A DNA stretch of 64,000 nt. Origin: Methanobacteriota archaeon (GTDB taxonomy: Archaea > Halobacteriota > Bog-38 > Methanoflorentales > Methanoflorentaceae). Below the pieces are notes generated by a model. That model was not told the origin of the DNA. It made no database searches and worked only from the letters and a program-made list of their open reading frames with translations. The stretch covers positions 32,001 through 96,000 of the forward strand of contig CAVRAO010000008.1 in NCBI GenBank assembly GCA_963719035.1, in the 5' to 3' direction. This document shows, in pieces, positions 9,468 to 18,753 of the stretch (position 1 is its first letter; each line of letters opens with the position of its first letter). The translations under genes were made by a program, and so were the position numbers.

Positions 9468-10880
9468 TTATCCTCGCGCCTCGCCAAACAAGATTGGGCT
9501 GTCTCTCGCACCTGCTAGCTTTTCCAAAGCCTCTTCAACCGTCTGACGCTGCGTTTTGCTTTTCTCACTCATCAAAGCCTTAATAAGTGGCTGTACGGCT
9601 CTCGTGTCGCCGATCTGCCCAAGTGCGTAAGCAGCGTTACCTCGAACAGAGCTGTCGGAATCGCCAAGTGCCTGAATAAGTGGTTCCACAGCCGCAGTAT
9701 CGCCGATTTGACCGAGAGCTGAAGCCACAGACACACGAATCTCTCTTCCTTCGGAGAACAGCTTGTCTGCTAGCGGCTGAACTGCTCTGGTATCACCAAT
9801 CTCCCCAAGGGCATACATAGCAGCAGTTCGCACCTCAGGAGTGGCATCGTCTAGCACTTGTATCAAAGGTTCCACCGCTCGAGGATCGCCAATTTTTCCC
9901 AGTGCGGATGCTGCATGGATCCGAACGTCAACATCGCGAGGTTGCAGTAGTGCATCTATCAAAGGCCCTACCGCTCGAGGATTCCCGATATTTCCGAGCG
10001 CTGATGCTGCAGATCGTTGCAGATTGCTCCGCCCGTTTGGCACCCCGAGGTCGACCTGCGATAACATTTCAATAAGGGGGTCTTCCGCGCGTGCATCGCC
10101 AAGCTCGCCGAGCACCTCTGCAGCTACTGTTCGAGCTACTTCATGATCATCGCTAAGCGCTTCGATCAGCGGTTCGACTGCTGCGTCCCCAATTCCCAAC
10201 AACGCCGCCACAATGGCGCGCTGCATGCTCACAAGCTCGCTGTTCGCGATCAGCGATGCTATCAGTGGCTTTACGACGCTCGCATCCCCTAAAGACCCTA
10301 ATGCTTCAATAGCGACCTTCTGAACCGCTCGGCTCGTGTCCCTCAAAGCCTCAACTAGCGGCGCTACGATACGTGAATCGCCGAGCGTCGCTAGCTCTCT
10401 GACGGCCACCAATCGAACGTCAAGGCTGGGGTCTCTCAGGGCACTGGTCAAGGCCCCCAGTGCACGCTGATCACCGAGCTTGCCGAGTGCCTTTAAGGCG
10501 AGCCTGCGAACTCCATCGTGTCTATCGTGCGACGCTCGCACGAGCGCTTCGATTGCTCGCAGATCGCCAATTTTTCCAAGCGCGTATGCTGCGCATCCCC
10601 GCGTTCGCTCGTACTCGTCATCCAAAGCTGCAATTAGCGCGTCAATCGCTCGTGGATCACCGAGCTTGCCGAGTGCCAATGCCGATTCTTGCCTGACACT
10701 CCCTTCCGCATCACCCAAATGCTCAATAAGCCCGTTGACCGCTCGGCGATCACCAATGTTGCCGAGCGCATATATTGCCTTTACTCGTAGTTCAAACGCC
10801 GGATCATCTAACGCTTTTATAAGGCCGCCGACATCATTACGTGCCTTCAGTTTATCGACGTCGGGTTTGAACAATCGCAT
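9468..10880 (-). CDS. HEAT-repeat (PBS lyase-like) protein
   Basis: Many VR..AA.ALG.IGD.RAVEPLI repeats. Confidence 0.95.
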   Translation of the reverse strand: MRLFKPDVDKLKARNDVGGLIKALDDPAFELRVKAIYALGNIGDRRAVNGLIEHLGDAEGSVRQESALALGKLGDPRAIDALIAALDDEYERTRGCAAYALGKIGDLRAIEALVRASHDRHDGVRRLALKALGKLGDQRALGALTSALRDPSLDVRLVAVRELATLGDSRIVAPLVEALRDTSRAVQKVAIEALGSLGDASVVKPLIASLIANSELVSMQRAIVAALLGIGDAAVEPLIEALSDDHEVARTVAAEVLGELGDARAEDPLIEMLSQVDLGVPNGRSNLQRSAASALGNIGNPRAVGPLIDALLQPRDVDVRIHAASALGKIGDPRAVEPLIQVLDDATPEVRTAAMYALGEIGDTRAVQPLADKLFSEGREIRVSVASALGQIGDTAAVEPLIQALGDSDSSVRGNAAYALGQIGDTRAVQPLIKALMSEKSKTQRQTVEEALEKLAGARDSPILFGEARG

Positions 10881-11261
10881 GCAGGTAACTCCTTCTTTCC
10901 TTGCTTTTCGGCAGACCTCTTCTCAAAGCAATGCTAACGAATGTAGGAATAAAAATGCTTCGAGTTTGTCGTTTTTAAAATCGCTTACGCGAACCAGCTA
11001 ATAAGATGATCTGGTCGCGTTGACGGCGTGTTAGTAAGCAGTTCAACGAAAGACTTATCGCACAAAGCAGCTGCACGTGCGTAAACACGGTCGCTACGTA
11101 CTACGAAAGTCAAGCGTCACGAGACTAGCAACTCACAAAAAAGGTGACTTTCAATAGAAAAACGGATGGAAGAACAACATCCTCGTCAAATACTAGGGGC
11201 CTAACCCCACAACAACAATGCAGTCGATCCATCTAAAAAAAGGCTCAGTTATGACAAGTGA

Positions 11262-11561
11262 CTACTCAACGTCGTCACTAGCCGTTTCCGCTTCCTCAGA
11301 AGCTTCGACTACTTCAGCGACCGCACAGTTGCGCTTTATTGCTTTGATTTCAATTTTAACTGAATCGTTGACCTTTGTGTTTGGAACAAAGACCACAAGT
11401 CCGCTGATGCGCGCGATGCCATCTCCTTGTCTAGCAGTATCTTCAATTTTTACGTCGTATTGTGTGCCGACGTCCACGGGAGAATCATTATAAGATCCAC
11501 TGCCGTACTTGTTAAAACTACTACTACTACTGCCGAAACTACTCTTATTCGATCTGTACAC
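11262..11561 (-). CDS. Single-TRAM-domain RNA-binding protein
   Basis: PVDVG..YDVKIEDTARQGDGIARISGLVVFVP; SD GGAGGTG before GTG. Confidence 0.92.
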   Translation of the reverse strand: MYRSNKSSFGSSSSSFNKYGSGSYNDSPVDVGTQYDVKIEDTARQGDGIARISGLVVFVPNTKVNDSVKIEIKAIKRNCAVAEVVEASEEAETASDDVE

Positions 11562-11739
11562 GTTTCACCTCCGTTTCTTGTTAACAAACAATACGTTTTA
11601 TGACATATAGTCTTATGCTACGTTACTGCGATTCTTGCCTCACAACTTGCGCAAAAAGCCTCAAATTAGCAATCGCGTTCAGATTTAAATTAGATCCCCC
11701 TCCCTCGGAAAAAAGGAGACTGTTAACAACGGAAGAAAA

Positions 11740-12885
11740 TCAACGTCTTAGTAGTCTTCTAATAAGGGGGACAGATACGGTAATAGCACCCTCCGGGCAT
11801 AACTCCTGGCAGCAATAACAGCGGATACATTTGCTATAATCAATGTCCGGTATCCGGGCTTTTTTAAGCACGATGGCGTTGGGGGGGCAAGCCCTATAAC
11901 ATTCCCCACAGCGTTTGCAGTTGGAAACGCCGATGACAGGTTTTACGGCAATAAACCGCTTCAAGGTGTTGATGAGGAATGGCGGTGCCCTCGAAAGCGA
12001 TGCAGTTAACGTCTTTTCAAAATTCTCAATTACAAGCGGCTGAACCCGCTCTCCGCATATCCTGACGTCCTCCAAGCGCGCTGGGCCAACGCCCCTCTCC
12101 TGAGCCAGTCTCACTGTTGGCACAGTCATAGGATTAAATCCTGCGATCGTTACTGCGACGTAGTCTAACGCCGTGCAACTTTTGCTAGATAGAACAAGCC
12201 CGATTTTGCGCGGTTTTCCGTTAGAGGGGCCCGCCCCTTCCATGCCTACGACCGCATCCATAAGCGTGAGGGCAGGGGGATATGTCTCATGGATGTCAAG
12301 CAGCAGGTCAGCAAACAGGTTTATGTCGTTAGCGGTATGCAGATGGTAATCGGTTTTGAACAATCCGGGTATGTAACCGTACAGAAGCTTAACAGCGCCC
12401 GTGTAGTACGTGAGAGCGTGTGTCTTAAGCTTCGGGAGTCCTATAATCACGTCTGCCTCGGTAACTGCTTTGGCCAGCGTGAGCTTCTTAAACGTCTTAG
12501 CTTTCACTGAGGCCACGTCTCGTTTAGCCTCATCGAATCGGACAATTTCACATCCTGTGTCATCTACAACATCCTGAATACCCGTCTTCTCCAACAGTGC
12601 TTTGTAAGACGCCGCAGTGCTTCCGCCGCCGGGAGAGTCCCCAAGCACCGGTGTCGCTCCGAGCTCTTGTACCAGTTCGACTGTCGCTTTCACTATGGTT
12701 GGGTGTGTCGTTACAGCAGCCTCAGGTAACTTGGAGGACAACAAGTTTAGCTTGACAAGGACGTGATCGCCGTCCGCGACGACCGACTCGAGTCCGCCCA
12801 GCGGTGCTAAACACGCTTCGACGGCCTTTCTAACCTCGTGATCATCGTAAGAGCCACACTTTTCGATTGACACCTGATATGACAT
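11740..12885 (-). CDS. DUF362 protein with C-terminal 2x[4Fe-4S] ferredoxin domain
   Basis: VLVKLN, TTHP, PKLKTH, GMEGAGP; two CxxCxxCxxxCP motifs. Confidence 0.9.
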   Translation of the reverse strand: MSYQVSIEKCGSYDDHEVRKAVEACLAPLGGLESVVADGDHVLVKLNLLSSKLPEAAVTTHPTIVKATVELVQELGATPVLGDSPGGGSTAASYKALLEKTGIQDVVDDTGCEIVRFDEAKRDVASVKAKTFKKLTLAKAVTEADVIIGLPKLKTHALTYYTGAVKLLYGYIPGLFKTDYHLHTANDINLFADLLLDIHETYPPALTLMDAVVGMEGAGPSNGKPRKIGLVLSSKSCTALDYVAVTIAGFNPMTVPTVRLAQERGVGPARLEDVRICGERVQPLVIENFEKTLTASLSRAPPFLINTLKRFIAVKPVIGVSNCKRCGECYRACPPNAIVLKKARIPDIDYSKCIRCYCCQELCPEGAITVSVPLIRRLLRR

Positions 12886-13004
12886 CGCTTGATATCACTG
12901 TATCGGGATTGACGCTCAAATAGCTTCGCTCGAGCGCCAATCGCGGTTCCAAAGTAGAAAGTTTTATCCGAAGACGTTGTCCTTACGCTCTTGAGACTGA
13001 TGCT

Positions 13005-13412
13005 GTGGACCAAGAAGTGACTTATCTTAAGTCTTGCGAGATCGCTGACAACGCTCTTTTACAGAAAAACGCAACAGGAGGAAACGACACGAGCGCGCGA
13101 GATCAGCTCGAAGAAAATATGGAAGATCTCGAGAAGCTCCAAGAAATGAGTGAGCTCCAAAGAGCTATACTTACGCAGTTGATTCCGCTTGCCCCATGTG
13201 CTATGCACTCAGCTGTTTTGCGAGAGGCCGTTGCACCTTTCTTCAAAGGGTTGGATAAGAAAGAGCGTAACCGCGAGTTTGAAGCTGCAGTAGGCCCTCT
13301 GGTGCAAGACGGACTTGTTAGATACTTCTGCTGTATAATAGACAGTTACGCCATGAACCCACGGCACCTGATTATTGCGCTGTACTTGGCTGGACAAACG
13401 CCCAATGATTGA
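13005..13412 (+). CDS. Hypothetical protein, possibly winged-helix; true start may be internal
   Basis: ORF overlaps the next gene start by 8 nt; helical pattern ending LVQDGLV. Confidence 0.45.
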   Translation: MDQEVTYLKSCEIADNALLQKNATGGNDTSARDQLEENMEDLEKLQEMSELQRAILTQLIPLAPCAMHSAVLREAVAPFFKGLDKKERNREFEAAVGPLVQDGLVRYFCCIIDSYAMNPRHLIIALYLAGQTPND

Positions 13413-13842
13413 AGAAGAACGCTATTTTACCATAAAGGAAGTAGCCAAGCTCTTAGGAGTCCCTAAAAGGAGCATCAAGCGACGTATCGAGAGCAAGAAC
13501 CTCAGCGCGCACAAGCGTTTAGGCAGACGCGGCTTTGAGCTTGTTATCCCGCAGCGCGAATTGAGCATGGAGATTATGAGCTCCATTCCTGATTCACGCC
13601 AGTTGAGTCTCTGCGAGTTTGAAGCGATCGTGATCAAGCGTTTAAAAGTAATGGCCGCGGGACGAGATCGACGAATCTCACTCACTTTAAAGCTGCTGTG
13701 TGAAGAGTTTGAACAGCTTAGAGCTGAAATAAGAACTTTGAACGGTAGCACTGCAGAAGATGATTTAGCTACAATATCACTAAAGAGGGACCGCCTGTCA
13801 ACAAGACAGGAGAAGGAGCTGGCATATTCATCGCAGTCATAA
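13405..13842 (+). CDS. Excisionase/MerR-like HTH protein with coiled coil
   Basis: YFTIKEVAKLLGVPKRSIKRRI. Confidence 0.75.
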   Translation: MIEEERYFTIKEVAKLLGVPKRSIKRRIESKNLSAHKRLGRRGFELVIPQRELSMEIMSSIPDSRQLSLCEFEAIVIKRLKVMAAGRDRRISLTLKLLCEEFEQLRAEIRTLNGSTAEDDLATISLKRDRLSTRQEKELAYSSQS

Positions 13843-13945
13843 TCCCCCTCCCCGGTGCTTGGGCCTCGAATCACGAATAACGCGGCTAAAAGTGACCCGA
13901 TAACTTAACTAGGTGCTTAACTAGCGTCGATATATATCAGTCAAT

Positions 13946-14621
13946 ATGAGCTCCAGTCGGATCAGAGCACTAAGCGAGTTGCAAGTTGCAGGACCTGAGG
14001 CCAGCGGCCATTTTAAGAGCAACGTCGTCACGCGCTCGATTGTCGGACTCGTAGCTGGAGCGGTTTTAGGAGCGGTGCTCGGCGCCATTTTTAGAGTGGT
14101 GCTGTACATAATATTTAGCTGGCTGCTTTCCGGAGTAACGACTTTTTTGGGCCGACATTCTCCAAACGCTAGCTGGGCTTTGCATAGGCAGAGTAATCGG
14201 CACGCTTGTCGGAGCAATTGTAGGTCTCATTTATGTAGGTTCAGTCAACATCGCTGAAGAATCACCGTTCTATTCCGTGTTCGGAGCTTTTTTTGCCTGG
14301 CTGACCTATTCACGGTTCGGTTCATTTTCAAGCGGCGTAGAATCGGCTATGACAGGTGCCTCCATAGGCGTTATCGCAGGATTAATAACTGGTTTTGCAT
14401 CAGGTTTGATCAGCAAGGGCAGTCTTGATAAAGTCTTTCGCGTAATCAGCGCTGGCGTCGGAAGTGCCGTCGGTGCCGCAGTCTTCGGCGTCTTCATTTT
14501 ACCGGACGTGACATCGACAACAGATACAACAGTAGGTATCGCCAGAGGCCTGCTCATAGGCGTCGCAGCCGGGTTAGGGTCAATTGTGACCTCACGGAAG
14601 AAATCTTCAAGTAAAGGCTGA
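13946..14621 (+). pseudogene. Gly-rich multi-pass membrane protein, frameshifted (or sequencing indel)
   Basis: Removing one T from the T6 run at 14143-14148 joins the two ORFs into a continuous series of GxxxG TM helices. Confidence 0.6.
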
Positions 14622-14759
14622 TCGCCGATTTGCTTTTTTGACCGTGTTTTATGGTAAAAAAGAGTGCAAAGGCGTCTTAACTTGTGCCGACGCGTCGGAC
14701 TTGTCTCAATCTAGGTTACTTGCCTCTGATCGGCAATTGTAACGCTCGTGTAAGTTAGT

Positions 14760-14930
14760 TTAGAGGTTCAGCGAGCCGTCCTTGATGATAAGCATATGGC
14801 GAGTGCAGTCTTGACAGAACACGTGAACCTGTCCGTCAGATAGAATACTTCTGCTTGCTGCATCGGTATTCAACGCAGTGCCACATTTTTCGCAGGCCAG
14901 CTGAAAGCCATCGCTTTTATCTAGTTTCAT
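14760..14930 (-). CDS. 56-aa zinc-finger microprotein (not in ORF track)
   Basis: MKLDKSDGFQLACEKCG...VFCQDCTRHMLIIKDGSLNL; SD GGTGA 4 nt upstream. Confidence 0.65.
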   Translation of the reverse strand: MKLDKSDGFQLACEKCGTALNTDAASRSILSDGQVHVFCQDCTRHMLIIKDGSLNL

Positions 14931-15013
14931 GAATTCACCGAAGTCGTCGCATTTTTCGTCTATGTTCCGCGTTGTTCTTAAGCTGTATTAAAGGTGTTTC
15001 AAAATTGGATACT

Positions 15014-15544
15014 TCAAAAATCGCTTGAAGTAAATAAGGATTCAAACAGATAACCTTTCGACGTGATGCGCTCTTGGGCGCCGCTCTCGCGGTCTAAAAC
15101 GCTAATCACCTTGGCAATCCTGCAACCGAGCTGTTCAACAGCAGCTATGCCTGAGAGGGCCGATTCTCCACTTGTCGTAACATCCTCCACGAACGCAACG
15201 ACGTCCCCTTTCCGCACACATCCCTCCACCCTGCGCATTCTCCCATATGTTTTCTCAGACTTTCTCACAAAAAATGCGCGGATGATGCCTGATTTGAGAG
15301 CGATTGCAGTAGCGACCGGTATTGCACCGCTTTCCATTCCTCCGACTGCGTCGACACCCGTCAAGCGCTCAATCATTAGTTCGGCTATTAAAGAGGCGCC
15401 ACGAGGGTGCATCGTAACGCGGCGTAAGTCAAAATAGAAATCACTAAGCGCTCCTCCCGATAGTCTATACGGGCCATCAGTGAAGCATCCGTATTTCTTG
15501 ATCAGCTGTTTCAAATCTTCATACGTATCTTGCACGATTGCCAC
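15014..15544 (-). CDS. pyrE: Orotate phosphoribosyltransferase
   Basis: LSGG.SDFYFD, VRK..K.YG, VEDVTTSG PRPP motif. Confidence 0.95.
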   Translation of the reverse strand: MAIVQDTYEDLKQLIKKYGCFTDGPYRLSGGALSDFYFDLRRVTMHPRGASLIAELMIERLTGVDAVGGMESGAIPVATAIALKSGIIRAFFVRKSEKTYGRMRRVEGCVRKGDVVAFVEDVTTSGESALSGIAAVEQLGCRIAKVISVLDRESGAQERITSKGYLFESLFTSSDF

Positions 15545-15699
15545 CAGTCATGTGACTTCGAGAGGACTTGGCTAACCGTATTCTCTATTTTTAAGCTAAT
15601 AAGCATATAGGTCCTCGTCTAACGTCATCCCCGAGGGAGCTCATTGCGTTGCGAGACGAGGATACTTATAATAACGCTTGATTTAACCTAAAAGCGGGA

Positions 15700-17781
15700 A
15701 TGCGAGAGTACGTTGACCTGAAACTGATTGTCCCGAATTCTGTCGAGGCCCGAGTGTATCAGGTTGCGCTAGCAGAATCGGCTATGCGCGCCTCAACGAT
15801 GATTGTACTGCCGACTGGGCTTGGCAAAACTGTTGTCGCGCTGCTCGTGATAGCTAAACGCCTCGAAGAAGATGGACGGGTCATATTTCTCGCACCGACA
15901 AAGCCACTTGTTGAACAGCATGCAGAGTTTCTACGATCACATCTGCTCGCAGAGACGACCATCTTTACTGGAGAGATTCCTCCTGAGAAGCGAATGGAGC
16001 TTTGGAAGCAGGAACAGCAGGCGATCGTTTCAACTCCTCAGGTTATCGAAAACGATCTCAAAGCGGGGCGCATTACGCTTGCTGGTGTTAAACTCATTAT
16101 CTTTGACGAAGCGCATCGAGCAGTAGGTAATTACGCATACCGATTCATTGCCAGCCGATACATCGAACAAGCAGATGATCCGCTCATCTTGGGCATGACT
16201 GCGTCTCCTGGCGGCACTGTAGAGAAGATCAACGAAGTCAGCGAAAGTTTGTTCATCGACAATATCGAGATCCGCACCGAATCAGATCCTGACGTGTATC
16301 CATACACGCATGAAAAGAATTTAGAAATGCTGAAGTTTACGTTGCCTCCTGAGATGGAGACAATTCGACAGCATCTCAAGCAGGGCGCAACCGAGCGGCT
16401 GCGCAAACTGATAAAACTGAAAGTCATCTTTAGCGAATGGGTCTCGACGTCAGAATTAATCAAGGTCCAACACAAGGTTGCGACTGATAGGAACTATAGG
16501 GCGATGTCGCTCGTTGCTGAGGTCATTAAGTTACGCCACGCGATTGGACTGATAGAAACCCAAGGCGTTGTGCCCACGCGCAAATACTTTACGAGGCTAA
16601 TTAAGCAGGCGCAGTCAAAAAAAGGTAGCAAAGCTGCGCGAAACCTCGTCAGCGATGATCGCATAAAGGCTGCTGTGGAGCTGTCGAACCGCCTTGATGA
16701 AATCCATCCAAAGCTCGAAGCATTGAAAGGCGTTGTTCTTCAACAACTGGCGCTCAAGCCTGATTCGCGTGTTATCGTATTTACCAATTACAGGGACACC
16801 GCCGAAATCGTGAGGAATACCCTGAACACGTTGCGTGACGTAAGGGCAGAGAAGTTTGTCGGCCAAGCAAAGAAAGACGGACTGAAAGGACTTTCTCAAA
16901 AGGAACAAGTAAAGCTCGTATCAGACTTCGTGAATGGAACGTATAACGTCCTCGTTGCGACAAGTGTCGCTGAGGAGGGGTTAGATATCCCAGCTACCGA
17001 TATGGTCGTGTTTTACGAGCCAATTCCTTCTGAAATTCGTAGCATCCAACGTGAGGGCCGCACGGGGAGAAGGCGTGCGGGTCGCGTCGTCGTTTTGATA
17101 ACAAAGGGGACACGCGATGAGGCGTACAGCTCATCTAGCTCGCGAAAAAAACGGATGATGAGTGCCGAAATGAAGCGTTTGAGCACGAGACGAACGCTCC
17201 CTGCTGAACGTATCGAAGTTGATGCTGAAAAAGAGCCTCAGGAGTCAATAGACTCCACACTCCCACTGAAAACCGATCAAACGGCATCTTATGCCCAATT
17301 AGAAACCAAATGCAGCTTCCACGCTGCCGAAACGAATGCCACACCGACACAAATCCGCAGCCACCACAAAAGTTCAGGAGGGACCGCAGGTACCATCCCT
17401 GAAGAACGCCAAAAAACGCTTTTAGACTTTGATTCGAAGGAAAAAAATAGGAGCGATACGCTTGTCCGCGTCGTCGCTGACCAAGGAGAGGTCAAATCCG
17501 GGGATGCTATCGCGGAGCGAGAACAAACGGGTAAAAAGTGGACATCCGCAGTGCACGGAAAGAAGATTTCAACTACACTTCGAGAACAACAAGAGCATGT
17601 AATTGCTGCAATCCCGTCGGTAGGCCCCGTTACCGCGCGTGCCCTGCTGGAGTTTTTCGGCTCACTTGAGGCTATATTTCGCGCGCCAATACAAGAGCTC
17701 ACTAAAGTCCGAGGCGTTGGTCCCCAGACCGCGCGGGCAATCCACTCCCTTGCTACGACCTATTACGAAGCCCTGAAGTGA
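15700..17781 (+). CDS. hef: Hef/FANCM-family helicase with HhH tail but lacking the ERCC4 nuclease core
   Basis: PTGLGKT, DEAH, TASPG, EEGLDIP, GRTGR, C-terminal IPSVGP/VRGVGP. Confidence 0.93.
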   Translation: MREYVDLKLIVPNSVEARVYQVALAESAMRASTMIVLPTGLGKTVVALLVIAKRLEEDGRVIFLAPTKPLVEQHAEFLRSHLLAETTIFTGEIPPEKRMELWKQEQQAIVSTPQVIENDLKAGRITLAGVKLIIFDEAHRAVGNYAYRFIASRYIEQADDPLILGMTASPGGTVEKINEVSESLFIDNIEIRTESDPDVYPYTHEKNLEMLKFTLPPEMETIRQHLKQGATERLRKLIKLKVIFSEWVSTSELIKVQHKVATDRNYRAMSLVAEVIKLRHAIGLIETQGVVPTRKYFTRLIKQAQSKKGSKAARNLVSDDRIKAAVELSNRLDEIHPKLEALKGVVLQQLALKPDSRVIVFTNYRDTAEIVRNTLNTLRDVRAEKFVGQAKKDGLKGLSQKEQVKLVSDFVNGTYNVLVATSVAEEGLDIPATDMVVFYEPIPSEIRSIQREGRTGRRRAGRVVVLITKGTRDEAYSSSSSRKKRMMSAEMKRLSTRRTLPAERIEVDAEKEPQESIDSTLPLKTDQTASYAQLETKCSFHAAETNATPTQIRSHHKSSGGTAGTIPEERQKTLLDFDSKEKNRSDTLVRVVADQGEVKSGDAIAEREQTGKKWTSAVHGKKISTTLREQQEHVIAAIPSVGPVTARALLEFFGSLEAIFRAPIQELTKVRGVGPQTARAIHSLATTYYEALK

Positions 17782-17811
17782 CTTTGCTTCCGAACTCAAC
17801 ATGAAACACGC

Positions 17812-17980
17812 TTTTAAAAATGCTCGTAAAGCGAGAGGGGTGCAGCCCCTCTAAATTGCGCTTTAGGCGCAGACTTGCTGCTTGGCAAGGGGCGCTAATC
17901 TTGCTAGCCACCGTCAGAGCTGCTTCTGAAGTTTGCTGGTGATAGCGTCGTCACCCTCAAGACAAGGCCCGGTTTTAAAA
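17812..17980. other. Multi-hairpin intergenic element bounded by TTTTAAAA (candidate ncRNA, MITE or bidirectional terminator)
   Basis: Stems AGAGGGG/CCCCTCT, CTTGC/GCAAG, TCAGA/TCTGA, GGTGA/TCACC, TCTTG/CAAGA. Confidence 0.35.
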
Positions 17981-17995
17981 TCACGCGAGATCGAT

Positions 17996-18625
17996 CTAAA
18001 AGGTGATAGCCCCTCCAATCGATAGCACGGTGACGTGGTGCCCCTTATTTTCAGCGAGTTGCTTAAAAAGCTGCGGATCAGCTTTGATCTGGCTGAAGGT
18101 GTCGTAATGCATCGGAATGGCGTTTTTAGGATTAATAATGTCGAGCGCGTCGAGCGCCTCTTCTATGTCCATAGTGAAAAATCCGCCTATAGGAATGAAA
18201 AGCACGTCAACATTTTCCAAAGATTGAACGCCGTCTAAATAGGTGTCTCCGAGATGTGCAAATCGAACGCCGCCGAGTTCAAAGACGTAACCGGCTGGGT
18301 ACTTGCTCTGATGATGACTTGCACCGATCATTGTTACGCTAATCCCTTCAACAAGTCTGGTTGCTCCGTGCTCCATAACGACCATCTTCTTGAACTTACC
18401 CTCTAGAGGGGGTGGAGCGACCACAGCAACGTTGAACGACTCTGCAGCGCTATGATCGAAGTGCTCGTGGGTGACAAGAACGATATCTGGTTTGCCAGTG
18501 TATCTATGTGCGTTAGGATTCTCTTTCCTAAAAAAAGGGTCAATTAAAAGCGTGTGATCGACGTCTTTCACTTCAAAACACGAATGGCTCAGGTACGTCA
18601 CGCGCACTGAGAGATCTTCTTCCAT
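17996..18625 (-). CDS. Metallo-beta-lactamase-fold hydrolase (UPF0173-like)
   Basis: THEHFDH, HLGDT, PIGG.FTM, IPMHY. Confidence 0.9.
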   Translation of the reverse strand: MEEDLSVRVTYLSHSCFEVKDVDHTLLIDPFFRKENPNAHRYTGKPDIVLVTHEHFDHSAAESFNVAVVAPPPLEGKFKKMVVMEHGATRLVEGISVTMIGASHHQSKYPAGYVFELGGVRFAHLGDTYLDGVQSLENVDVLFIPIGGFFTMDIEEALDALDIINPKNAIPMHYDTFSQIKADPQLFKQLAENKGHHVTVLSIGGAITF

Positions 18626-18753
18626 ACAAATACGTCACATAGCGTGGATATATTGTTTGGCGTCAGAAGACGGGGTCTCTAGGCGAAATTGTCCTGTTGC
18701 AGCTTACCGCTTTTCTGCAACGCGTGATAACCGATCTCAATTACTTGTTGGCT

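Noticed and set aside
9468-10880. Internal nucleotide similarity
   Set aside because: Explained by HEAT protein repeats
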